A stretch of 64,000 nt of DNA from Chlamydiales bacterium (GTDB lineage: Bacteria; Chlamydiota; Chlamydiia; Chlamydiales; VFKH01): contig JARLHF010000021.1 of NCBI GenBank assembly GCA_031292375.1, positions 1,785-65,784 on the forward strand, written 5' to 3'. This document shows positions 48,261 through 57,476 of the stretch, one piece after another (the first letter of the stretch is position 1; each line of letters starts with the position of its first letter). Under the pieces are notes generated by a model. That model was not told the DNA's origin. It searched no databases and worked only from the letters and a program-made list of their open reading frames with translations. Position numbers and translations under genes: made by a program.

Positions 48261-48337
48261 GAGAATCCTCTAAATTTTGTCGACTTTTTATTAGAAAGCC
48301 CTTTTAATAGCTGGAGCTTGATAATTTGGGTGGTATT

Positions 48338-49075
48338 ATGAAATTTCATTCTCTTATGCTTTTTTTAGGAATCTTTGTTTTTTCATCGTTGGTAGCAGAA
48401 AATGTGTCAGAAATTGACATTACTGTAGAAGAATTATCGTTTGAGGTAAATGCTGAAGAGACAATCGGTGATGTATTAGAAAAAATTGAGAGTTTAGCAG
48501 AACTTTCAAAAGAAGTAGATGAGCCCTTTATTTTAGTAGGCAGGTGGGACTCTAACAGAGAGAGAATTGTTGGAGTGGATTTTGTTGCAAATAGTAAAAG
48601 TGTAATGGTCCAGCAGCATCCTGTGGATGTTCAACGAGATTATAATCAGGAAGTCTCCGTTGCAGAAAAAAATGATATTACGTTTATCGTGACTACTCTT
48701 GCAAATGCGACTTTAACAAAAATATGGCGTAGTAAAAGTGCTCTAGAAAGGGCTGGTGATAGAATAGATCATATTCACCCTCTTAAATTTCTTATGGCAC
48801 TATTTACTGATGAGAGGTTGAAGGTGGGCTTGCATGTGATTAAAACAAGGGGCTGGGTTTGGAAAGATTTTTTTGCAGGGATCAGAGACAGCCTTTCTGA
48901 TGAAAACAGGCTTTGTAATATGCCTTTAGATTATATTCAAGATTTTGCAAGTAGAGTAGGTATTGATGTTTCACTTATTTTTCAACCCATTCAAGATGGT
49001 AGATGGAGCGATTTTGTGGATATTCTCATCAAATATATTCCTCGTTCTGAAGATGGTAGACGATATGACATTTAG
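48338..49075 (+). CDS. secreted hypothetical protein
   Basis: From ATG 48338: MKFHSLMLFLGIFVFSSLVA/ENV signal peptide. No recognisable family. Confidence 0.5.
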   Translation: MKFHSLMLFLGIFVFSSLVAENVSEIDITVEELSFEVNAEETIGDVLEKIESLAELSKEVDEPFILVGRWDSNRERIVGVDFVANSKSVMVQQHPVDVQRDYNQEVSVAEKNDITFIVTTLANATLTKIWRSKSALERAGDRIDHIHPLKFLMALFTDERLKVGLHVIKTRGWVWKDFFAGIRDSLSDENRLCNMPLDYIQDFASRVGIDVSLIFQPIQDGRWSDFVDILIKYIPRSEDGRRYDI

Positions 49076-49087
49076 TATGAGTTGGTA

Positions 49088-50173
49088 ATGAAAGATTTTT
49101 TTTCACGTTTGAGTTATAGTTTTGGTAATGAAGATTGGAATTCTGAGTATAAGGCATTAAAAATACAGAAGACAGATCGTGTCGTCTGTATTACTGCAAG
49201 TGGTGATAGACCGTTAAATCTACTCTTTCCAGAATGCGCACAAGTTGTGTCTGTTGATATAAATAAGATACAGAACTATTTATTAAAGCTTAAGTGCGCA
49301 GGTCTTCAAGAGCTAGAATACGAGGATTACATCACATTTTTGTTCGGTGGTAGAGGTGCTGAAATGGACCTTTTAAGACAAAAAGTGCTCGCCTCATTAG
49401 AAACAGATGTACGCACTTTTTGGGAAAAGAACAAGAAGATGCTTGAGAAAGGGATCATTTATCAAGGGAAGTTAGAGGTTTGGTTTAAGCGCTTGGCTCG
49501 CTTGATTCAGATGTTTAGAGGCAAAAAAATCCGTAAGCTCTTTGAGATGGAAAATTTGGAAGAGCAGAAAGAATTTGTTCAAAGGCATTGGGATACAAGG
49601 GCCTGGAGACGGTTTTACGAGGTTATGTTGAACCCTTGGTTTACACGCTTTGTTCTGAAAGATCCTGCTTTGTTCTTTAATGTAGATTCTTCTGTAAATT
49701 CCATTGGCACGTACCTTCATAAGAGAATGTATCAATATCTAATGAATTTTCCAGCAAAAAATAGCTCTGTGTTATCCCTTCTTTTTAAAGGAGAGGTAGG
49801 CAGAGAAGCTTTTCCTCCTTGCATGCTTAAAGAATCAGCCTTACTTATAAAGACGCGGCTTGATCGCCTCTCTATCCATACGCATAACATCATTGATTTT
49901 TTAGAAGAGGCCCCTGACAATAGTTTTGACTGTTATTCACTTTCAGATGTTGCCTCCTACATCAATGAAAGTGATTTTAGAAGATTATTACAGGCAATTC
50001 AGCGTACAGCAAGAAAAGGAGCAAGATTTTCCATCCGGCAGTTTATGTCTTCTCAAAAGATCCCTCTAACATTAGAGAACGTCTTTCAAAGGGACCTAGA
50101 ACTTGAAAAGATGCTTGAGAGGGAAGATCATTGTTGCGTGTACCAATTCACCATTGGTCACATCAACAGCTAA
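49088..50173 (+). CDS. DUF3419-family (BtaA-like) SAM-binding protein
   Basis: FGNEDWNSEYKALKIQKTDRVVCITASGDRPLNLL...VVSVDINKIQNYLLKLK...YEDYITFLFG follows the N-terminal pattern I associate with DUF3419/BtaA (xWED...AL...I.S.G.N.L...VD.N..Q..L..LK). Confidence 0.55.
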   Translation: MKDFFSRLSYSFGNEDWNSEYKALKIQKTDRVVCITASGDRPLNLLFPECAQVVSVDINKIQNYLLKLKCAGLQELEYEDYITFLFGGRGAEMDLLRQKVLASLETDVRTFWEKNKKMLEKGIIYQGKLEVWFKRLARLIQMFRGKKIRKLFEMENLEEQKEFVQRHWDTRAWRRFYEVMLNPWFTRFVLKDPALFFNVDSSVNSIGTYLHKRMYQYLMNFPAKNSSVLSLLFKGEVGREAFPPCMLKESALLIKTRLDRLSIHTHNIIDFLEEAPDNSFDCYSLSDVASYINESDFRRLLQAIQRTARKGARFSIRQFMSSQKIPLTLENVFQRDLELEKMLEREDHCCVYQFTIGHINS

Positions 50174-50182
50174 GTCCAATCT

Positions 50183-51961
50183 ATGACTAAAGCTGATACC
50201 ACGCAGGAGCTCTCATCTGTGTTACATGTGCTTTCATGGATATTTCCACACGTATGGACGATGAGGCGTCGATTAATAGGCGCATTACTTCTTGTGGTTG
50301 TTGCTGTAGGAATATCTATTACCATTCCCTATATCTTCAAGATGATTATCGATCATTTTTCTTATACACATCAAGAGTCTTTTTTGATTCTTGGGATATT
50401 GTTGTGTGCTTATGGGACTGGTTGGATGATGAGTCAAATGATGAATCAACTGCGTATGTTGGCTATGTATAAAATTTTAGAGCGTGGAAAGAGATCTCTT
50501 TCTATGTCAATTGTTGAAACTTTGCTGTCATTATCAGCACGGTTTCATGCTGAAAGGCAAACAGGAGCGCTTACAAGTTCTATTGAAAAGGCCCAAAATG
50601 GCTTTGATAGTATATTTTGGGGTATTTTGCTTTTTTTATTACCGGTGCTTCTTGAACTTATGCTTGTTTTAGTTATAGTGAGCGTTTTGTTTGGTTTTTT
50701 GTATGGTCTTGCAATTTGTGGTGGTATCTTAGGGTATTTATGGTTGAATTATCTCTCTTTGGCTAAAGTTACAAAACTGCAGATGCAGCATAATGAAACT
50801 TGTGCTCAAGCAACAGCGCGTATTGTTGATAGTTTATTAAATATTGAAACAGTGAAATATTTCGCACACGAAATGTATGAGAGCTCTCAAATAAATCAGC
50901 TTTTACATACTCAAGAGCAGATGGCAGTAAAACGATGGATGCGAGATTCTTATCTTCAATTAGGTCAAATGTTTATGATAGGTATGGGGCTTTTATGTGC
51001 CACGCTATTTACTGGTCATGAAGTTCATTTGGGTACGATTAGCCTTGGATCATTTCTTTTAATTAATTCTTATCTCTTACAATGCATTATGCCGCTTAGT
51101 AATATCAATTATATTGTTTATCAGGTGCGTAAAGGCATTCAAGACATGGTTTCTGTTACAACTCTGCTGAATACTAAGCCAGAAATAGTAGATAGGAGTG
51201 CACCTCATACGATAATTTTCAAAAAACCAGAGCTGGTTTTTGATCAAGTATCATTTGGATATGCCTCAGAGCGCATGGTCCTTAAAAATATTTCGTTTGT
51301 ACTGCCTTCAGGGACCACTCTTGCAATTGTTGGATCAAGTGGATCGGGTAAATCTACTATAGCTAAGCTTATCTTTCGATTGTATGATGTGACTTCTGGT
51401 TGTGTTCGACTTGATGGTTTTGATATTCGTGAATTGCAAGGCTCTTTTCGCAAACAAATTGGCATTGTTCCCCAAGATACTATTTTGCTTAATGATACGC
51501 TATATCACAACATTAGGTATGGTAACTTAGAGGCATCTAGAGAGGATATATATCATGCTGCTACACTGGCGCAGTTGGACCCTTTAATTCAGTTATTGCC
51601 AAAAAAATATGATACAGTTGTGGGAGAGCGAGGAATTAAATTATCAGGGGGTGAAAAGCAGAGGATTGCTATAGCAAGACTTCTACTTAAAAAGCCCTCT
51701 CTTTATATTTTTGATGAAGCTACATCTTCACTTGACTCTGGTACGGAGCGAGAAATTCAACAAAACATATGTAAAATGTCAGCGAACTCAACAACGCTGA
51801 TTATTGCACATCGTCTTTGTTCCGTTGTTCATGCTGATAAAATCATTGTGCTTGAAGATGGTCAAATTATTGAACAGGGAGGGCATATACAGCTGTTACA
51901 AAAAAATGGGCTTTACAGTAGAATGTGGAGTAGGCAGCAGCAAAGCGAGCATGCGCTTTAA
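50183..51961 (+). CDS. ABC exporter, fused permease-ATPase half-transporter (ATM1/HMT-like)
   Basis: 6 N-terminal TM helices. Walker A GSSGSGKST, signature LSGGEKQRIAIARLLLK, Walker B LYIFDEATSSLD. 592 aa. No N-terminal C39 peptidase domain. Confidence 0.88.
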   Translation: MTKADTTQELSSVLHVLSWIFPHVWTMRRRLIGALLLVVVAVGISITIPYIFKMIIDHFSYTHQESFLILGILLCAYGTGWMMSQMMNQLRMLAMYKILERGKRSLSMSIVETLLSLSARFHAERQTGALTSSIEKAQNGFDSIFWGILLFLLPVLLELMLVLVIVSVLFGFLYGLAICGGILGYLWLNYLSLAKVTKLQMQHNETCAQATARIVDSLLNIETVKYFAHEMYESSQINQLLHTQEQMAVKRWMRDSYLQLGQMFMIGMGLLCATLFTGHEVHLGTISLGSFLLINSYLLQCIMPLSNINYIVYQVRKGIQDMVSVTTLLNTKPEIVDRSAPHTIIFKKPELVFDQVSFGYASERMVLKNISFVLPSGTTLAIVGSSGSGKSTIAKLIFRLYDVTSGCVRLDGFDIRELQGSFRKQIGIVPQDTILLNDTLYHNIRYGNLEASREDIYHAATLAQLDPLIQLLPKKYDTVVGERGIKLSGGEKQRIAIARLLLKKPSLYIFDEATSSLDSGTEREIQQNICKMSANSTTLIIAHRLCSVVHADKIIVLEDGQIIEQGGHIQLLQKNGLYSRMWSRQQQSEHAL

Positions 51962-52041
51962 ATAAAGATTTAAATAAGAATTGAAAAAAATCTCGTAAAG
52001 GTATACAACCTTCTGGAAAACAATAAGAAGGTGGTTTTGTT

Positions 52042-53904
52042 ATGGTATATTCGACTAGTTATCAGAGTATAGGATCTAGTAGTTCTGGAGGTGGTTCAAT
52101 TAATTCAGCAGTAGGTGTTCCCCCTGCTGCTGATATTGAAGATGCAAATGCTATTGCGATTATTGAAAATGTGCATGATACCTTAACTAGGTTGGTAGAT
52201 GGGCATGCCATTGAAATTGTAAGGGCGTTAAAAAGAATTCCTTTAGAAGATATAAAAGCTGCTGTTAAGCGCAATAGAGAGGGGTGGACTGAAGCCCTTC
52301 ATAACAATCTTATAGCAGAACTTGCCCATATTCAGTCTTTTTTATCTAACCCTCCTCCAAACCTTGTTTTAGATCCTCCTGATGTAGGTAGAATTGAATC
52401 TCTAAGGTATTCCCTTCAGCAGTTTACCGCTGATCATTTGCCCAATAGTGCTTATGAAGCGATGCAAACACTGCAAGTTTATGCAGGTTTTATTATTTTG
52501 ATATTGTTTATTTCTACGTTTACGGATGGGCTTTTAAGCGATGTGATTGCAGATGCTTTTCCAAATTTTCATTGGTTGCCAGCTGTTGTATTGTTTAGTT
52601 TAATTGGATTTATGACACTCTCATATACTGCCTTGAAAGTTTATGATCGCTTTCGTCCTTTACCTACTGTTATTCGTCCTTTGACAAATTATACACAACA
52701 AGCTCTCGATGGAAGAATAGAGCCTTTACTGGGACGAGACGATATTATTGAAAGGATTTTTTTGTGTTGGCAGTCAACAAGTAGTGCTGTAAGACAACAT
52801 CCTCTTTTGGTAGGACCTGCAGGAGTTGGTAAAACAGTTATTTTAACAGAAGTAGCAAGGCGTATTGCACTTGGAAAAATACCAGATGCTTTTAAGCCTC
52901 TCATGAAAGGAAAGCAAGTGTTGGGAGGCTCTGCAGCTCTTTTGGTGTCTGCCAATGATAATATGGGAGGCACTATTGATGTCTTTGAGCGTGTTTTAAG
53001 GCAAATACGTCCTTATCGCAAAAATATTATTTTAGCTCTGGATGAAATTCATTCTTTATTGAGAGGTGATCGATCTGCGGAGGTATTAAAATCTGTTTTA
53101 GATACAAATATAGGAACAGGGGGTGTTCCCTATTTTATGGGAGCGACCACAGATACGGAATATCAGCAGTTTATTGCGAGTGATCCTGCGCGTGCTCGAC
53201 GCTTTTATGTAATTCGTGTAGATTCGCTGACAAAAGAACAGGTGATACTTACTCTCAATGAGATGGTACGTCGTCAGTATCCAGATGTTCATGTGACAGC
53301 TGAACTTTTAAATCATGTTTTTGAGCAAAGTGCAGCATTGGTTGAAGAATTTTCCCAATACAAACAGCCAGAGGTTGCAAAGCGTGTGTTATCGTCAGCT
53401 ATTTCAAGAATTAAGCTTAAGCAGCAAGAAGGGCCTGTAGGAGAGCAATTACCTGCAATGTTTTTGAAGTTAGAAGAGTTAAGATATAAGCTTTTGCATG
53501 ATCAAAAGTTAGAGAATATTCGAGCAATTGAGGAGAAAGAAGTAGAGATCCGGCGTATACAAGGGGAAGTTGTAACTGCAAATAGGGGACTTGATGAATA
53601 TCGAAGAGTTTCAGAAGAGCTGTATAAAGCTAAGCAAGAAAATGTTTCTTTGGCAGCAGCTGTTCAGCTAGCTCGTGCACGTAGAGGATGTTTTGCAGGC
53701 CCAGATGAAGCTAAAGAAAAAATGCTTCTTTTTTCTCTTAATTATCGCTTACCCCATCTTCAAGCAGAGCAGCAGAGGCTTGCAGAGGAACATAATATTC
53801 CTCTGCTTGATCAGAATTTGCTTACTGAGATAGTAGCGGAAATTAGAGAAGCAACAAAAAAGCCTGAAGAGGCTGAAGAATCTGATGGAGAACCTGAAGA
53901 ATAA
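52042..53904 (+). CDS. membrane-anchored single-domain Clp-D1-like AAA+ protein with coiled-coil/acidic tail
   Basis: LLGRDDIIERI...HPLLVGPAGVGKTVILTEVARRIALGKIP, Walker B IILALDEIHSLL, GATTDTEYQQFIASDPARARRF (the ClpA/ClpB D1 pattern). Preceded by two adjacent TM helices (YAGFIILILFISTF...LPAVVLFSLIGFMTLSY). C-terminal coiled coil and ...EEAEESDGEPEE. Confidence 0.7.
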   Translation: MVYSTSYQSIGSSSSGGGSINSAVGVPPAADIEDANAIAIIENVHDTLTRLVDGHAIEIVRALKRIPLEDIKAAVKRNREGWTEALHNNLIAELAHIQSFLSNPPPNLVLDPPDVGRIESLRYSLQQFTADHLPNSAYEAMQTLQVYAGFIILILFISTFTDGLLSDVIADAFPNFHWLPAVVLFSLIGFMTLSYTALKVYDRFRPLPTVIRPLTNYTQQALDGRIEPLLGRDDIIERIFLCWQSTSSAVRQHPLLVGPAGVGKTVILTEVARRIALGKIPDAFKPLMKGKQVLGGSAALLVSANDNMGGTIDVFERVLRQIRPYRKNIILALDEIHSLLRGDRSAEVLKSVLDTNIGTGGVPYFMGATTDTEYQQFIASDPARARRFYVIRVDSLTKEQVILTLNEMVRRQYPDVHVTAELLNHVFEQSAALVEEFSQYKQPEVAKRVLSSAISRIKLKQQEGPVGEQLPAMFLKLEELRYKLLHDQKLENIRAIEEKEVEIRRIQGEVVTANRGLDEYRRVSEELYKAKQENVSLAAAVQLARARRGCFAGPDEAKEKMLLFSLNYRLPHLQAEQQRLAEEHNIPLLDQNLLTEIVAEIREATKKPEEAEESDGEPEE

Positions 53905-53913
53905 GTTTGAAGC

Positions 53914-56900
53914 CTATTTTGAAGTTTTTGCAGAACATGAGTTATGTAAGATTTGCAGAACATGGGAAGCGAACAGATAGCTCTTTTGTTCTAGCTTGTT
54001 ATTAATTCCTAAAAAGCGGTTACAATGCATGTGTAATATGCTTATAATCGCTGCGTTTAAGGAGGGAATTTCTTTTAGACAGGATAGATATTTTTTTTGC
54101 GCTGCATGTCTTCTTGCAAATATGTGCATGAGCAGATTCACCTCTTCCACTTCAGGCTTTTTTTCTAGTATTTGTTTTGCGTAAGATAGCAAAGTGGATT
54201 TCCAAGATCTAAATCCTTCGAGTTCTTTTTTGTTTAGTTGCATGCTCTCAAATAGCTGGATTTGTTCGGAAATAGAAATTTTAAAGTTTTGAAGTAAGTC
54301 TAGTAGACTAAGAGAGGCTATAACATAGTTTGGAAGAGTTGTTTTATGATGCAGCATATACAATGCAACTTCAGAATCAGCATGAAATAGCTCTTCAGCT
54401 GCATTTATTGCAGAAACCCCACCATACCGTTCTATCTCCCTTTCATAAGGGTGGAAAGAATATTCCTTAATGGCTCCGCTTTCCATGAGCTTTTCAGCCC
54501 AGGATGATAAGGTGAAGGTAGAGTGGTTATTTTCCTTATATCTAAGGCGAAGACGAAGGTGAGGACCTTCCTTATCGTTATATTGCACAAAGAACCAACA
54601 GTGCAGATAAGGCATTAATTCTTGTATTAAAGGAGGGAAGTGTTTTTTTAAAAGAGCATCTTTTCCAGATTCTTTAAGATACAATTTTGTGTAAGTCCAT
54701 TCTGATCCGGGTGCTTTCCACCTTTCAGAGTGGGAGATTGTTTGAAAAGGGATATTGTATGGTTTCGATGAGCAATATTTTGCATTTTTAAGGATAGGAA
54801 TTACAAGCTCAGATCGGTATGTTCCAAGCGTACTGCTTATCCATCCAACTTCTCCAACATTTTCCATCAAGATAATTTCTTTTCTTGTTTTTAGATGGCG
54901 AGCAACTTCTTGAAGATGAAAGTCGTGCTTTCGATTTAGTAAAATACGATGGTCTGCAAACATTAAGAAAAGAGTTACGGGTACTTTTTGCTTATCTGCC
55001 CAATGGTCAATTTTTTTGCAAAGCGTCTGTATAGAGTCTTTTTCGGTAGCTTCAAGTAATGATAAAGTGAGGTGCCATTTTGCAGGTAGAAGAACAGTCT
55101 TTTGATACCTTACACGGGGTAAATAAGCCATATTTTGAAGATTTCCCCAAGGAAAAGGATGCAACAGATGGTATTGGTCTTTTGAAATTTCTCTTAGGAA
55201 ACGAATGAGTTTTGGACCTAGTTGAGGGTTTAAAACGTTCATGGATACAACATTGAGTCTTTGACCATTTTTTAGAGTAAGGAATAGATGCTGGTCTGTT
55301 GCACCTACATAAATATCTTCTAAAGAAATTGTTTGAGGAGTATTGCCGTATCCAAGGTTGATATTCAGCTTTCTAAGATTAGGGTGAATAGCCACGTTTG
55401 CACTGCGTGCGTTACTTGGAAAGTAAGAGCCTTCGACAAAAATTTGATCTTGTTCATGAGCTTCTTCAGTATGCAATATATCTTGTATGGCTTGTAAGTC
55501 ATTTTCATTGAAGAGATGAAGAAAGCGGCCAAATGTAGCCATCCCATCTCCACCTGCTACAGTGGGTTGTAAAACAACTAAATAGTTTCCTTGGTCTATA
55601 TCTTGTGGTGATGAAGCAATAACTTCACAATAGACATCTAAAGAAGAGGGCGCCTTTTCTTTTGTTACAGTGATTCCAAATTTTTCGATATCATTATCTG
55701 TTATTACAATTTCATTCTCGTGGCCCTGTACAGAGAGCATCCACTTCCATGCTAAAAATTGTTGCCACTCTTCGCTTATATATTGTTTATCTTGCTCTAT
55801 TTCCTTTGATTCATAACTTTCTGGAAAGCCAAGGCCTGCATGTTCATCTATTAAATCAAGTAAAGGGATGATGCGAAACATCCCCCATTTTTCTAGAAAC
55901 TTGTTGTGGTATTTACGTAAATGAGGAATGCCAAGCGGAGCAAAAGAAAGTCGCCAAAGAGCTTCTGCAGCTTGTGAAATCTCCGTTATAACTGCAGAGG
56001 GAAGTTTTATCTCATTGTGCAGTGTTGTATCTACTTGTAAGACTGTAGAAGGACTTGCAACGGATCTCATCTTCGTATCGATTTCTTGGAATAATACATC
56101 TCCACCTTTTTGATTATAATTTTCTATAAAAGAAGAAATGGATTCTAAATATTCAAGTAGAGGGACTTTAGGATTTGTTGTTTGCAAATTGTTTATGAGA
56201 TTTTTTAGTGGGGACATTGTAAGTAAGCTTGGAAAAGTAGATGAAATAAGAATTTCTTCTTTAAGCAGGGTTTTTAATACATGTAATAATTTGTCTTCTT
56301 CTAAATGAGGAGCTGTTTTTTTCAAGCTATCAAGAAGTTCTTGAATAGAAATAAAGTCTGCTGTCTTCTCTAAAATCATGAAAATTAAAGGAGTTGCTTG
56401 AATGGAGATCTCCTTTTTTTCTTTTTCAGTTTTTAGCCTCATGTAGGGTAATAAAATTCTTCCCATAGACTTTACAAGCAAGGGATTCTTTTTAACTTTA
56501 CTGTAAATTGCAAGAGACTCGTTTGCATTACTAGAATCTAGTACAGTCATTAACCATTCCATATCTGGTCTAGCTACTCGTTGAATATAAGACATATCTA
56601 CATTACCAGTAGTTTTAGAGCTAATATGGCCTATAGAAACAGATGAAAATAGCCCAAAGGGAGTTGCTCGAGTTGCCATTCTTGTGACATATTTAAATAA
56701 AGAGAAGATAGCTTGATTATCGGCGGGATCAATGCTTTGCAGTGCTTTATAAAGCTCAGGAGATGCAATGGCGATGGCCTCTCTTAAATCTATAGACTGT
56801 TTATATAAGTCTAAAAGGTCTTTTCGAAGGTCTAATGATATAGCAATACGATCAAAGACCTCTTTTGGAAAAAAAGGGGTGCGTACCATAAATAGGGGTG

Positions 56901-56925
56901 TTGCTAAGAAGAGATCGTCTGCCAC
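53914..56925 (-). CDS. lanB: class I lanthipeptide dehydratase LanB (full length: glutamylation + elimination domains)
   Basis: 1003 aa. N-terminus FLATPLFMVRTPFFP is typical of Lant_dehydr_N. The C-terminal ~300 aa has a SpaB_C-like layout. GTG start 5 nt after AGGAG. Overlaps lanD by 22 nt. Confidence 0.88.
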   Translation of the reverse strand: MADDLFLATPLFMVRTPFFPKEVFDRIAISLDLRKDLLDLYKQSIDLREAIAIASPELYKALQSIDPADNQAIFSLFKYVTRMATRATPFGLFSSVSIGHISSKTTGNVDMSYIQRVARPDMEWLMTVLDSSNANESLAIYSKVKKNPLLVKSMGRILLPYMRLKTEKEKKEISIQATPLIFMILEKTADFISIQELLDSLKKTAPHLEEDKLLHVLKTLLKEEILISSTFPSLLTMSPLKNLINNLQTTNPKVPLLEYLESISSFIENYNQKGGDVLFQEIDTKMRSVASPSTVLQVDTTLHNEIKLPSAVITEISQAAEALWRLSFAPLGIPHLRKYHNKFLEKWGMFRIIPLLDLIDEHAGLGFPESYESKEIEQDKQYISEEWQQFLAWKWMLSVQGHENEIVITDNDIEKFGITVTKEKAPSSLDVYCEVIASSPQDIDQGNYLVVLQPTVAGGDGMATFGRFLHLFNENDLQAIQDILHTEEAHEQDQIFVEGSYFPSNARSANVAIHPNLRKLNINLGYGNTPQTISLEDIYVGATDQHLFLTLKNGQRLNVVSMNVLNPQLGPKLIRFLREISKDQYHLLHPFPWGNLQNMAYLPRVRYQKTVLLPAKWHLTLSLLEATEKDSIQTLCKKIDHWADKQKVPVTLFLMFADHRILLNRKHDFHLQEVARHLKTRKEIILMENVGEVGWISSTLGTYRSELVIPILKNAKYCSSKPYNIPFQTISHSERWKAPGSEWTYTKLYLKESGKDALLKKHFPPLIQELMPYLHCWFFVQYNDKEGPHLRLRLRYKENNHSTFTLSSWAEKLMESGAIKEYSFHPYEREIERYGGVSAINAAEELFHADSEVALYMLHHKTTLPNYVIASLSLLDLLQNFKISISEQIQLFESMQLNKKELEGFRSWKSTLLSYAKQILEKKPEVEEVNLLMHIFARRHAAQKKYLSCLKEIPSLNAAIISILHMHCNRFLGINNKLEQKSYLFASHVLQILHNSCSAKTSK

Positions 56926-57476
56926 TGTTGCTCCTGTATTTCGAGTTGTAGAATTGACATGATAGACTCTATTGAAGGCAAAACAGGGTTGATTTCGAAT
57001 TGTCTTGAAGCATATTCAAACGCTTCTTTAATGATAGGCTGAATGATTTTATGTCCGTCATCAATAAGGAGCTGAACATTGCGTTGTACCGCTTTGTTTT
57101 GCCACATTGCCCTATTCATGTTAGGAACAAAAAGGACTTTTTTTTGATAAGCTAGGATTGTAGCTGCAAGTAATGTGTCAGCCATACCGTGAGCCGCTCT
57201 TGCAAGAATATCAGCGGTTGCTGGAATGATAATAAAAACGTCTGCCCAGCGAGCGAGCTCTATGTGGTTCATATTTTCTTTCGACAGAGGAAATTCATGT
57301 GTGTAGATACCTTCAGATAGTATGTGAAGGCTTTCTTTTGGAATAAATTGGCTTGCTGTATGAGTTAAAATTATTTTTAACCGTGGGAAGTGCTTGTAGA
57401 TCTCTAGAAGGTAATTGGGTAAAAGGAGAACAGAAATGGATCCTGTAATACCAATTAATACTTTTGTATCGTTCAT
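56904..57476 (-). CDS. lanD: LanD/EpiD-type HFCD flavoprotein (peptidyl-Cys oxidative decarboxylase)
   Basis: 190 aa. VLIGITGSISV (FMN fold), NHIELARWAD (EpiD active-site His region NHINIV), IIPATADILARAAHGMADTLL (PASANT-type motif), PNMNRAMWQN (EpiD PNMNIRMWGN). Confidence 0.88.
   Translation of the reverse strand: MNDTKVLIGITGSISVLLLPNYLLEIYKHFPRLKIILTHTASQFIPKESLHILSEGIYTHEFPLSKENMNHIELARWADVFIIIPATADILARAAHGMADTLLAATILAYQKKVLFVPNMNRAMWQNKAVQRNVQLLIDDGHKIIQPIIKEAFEYASRQFEINPVLPSIESIMSILQLEIQEQQWQTISS

Noticed and set aside
50183-51961. ABC half-transporter as the dedicated LanT of the lantibiotic operon.
   Set aside because: It is on the opposite strand and separated from the operon by another gene. 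Its signature (LSGGEKQRIAIARLLLK, overall ATM1/HMT-like look) suggests a housekeeping exporter. It is kept only as a candidate to test, not called as lanT.
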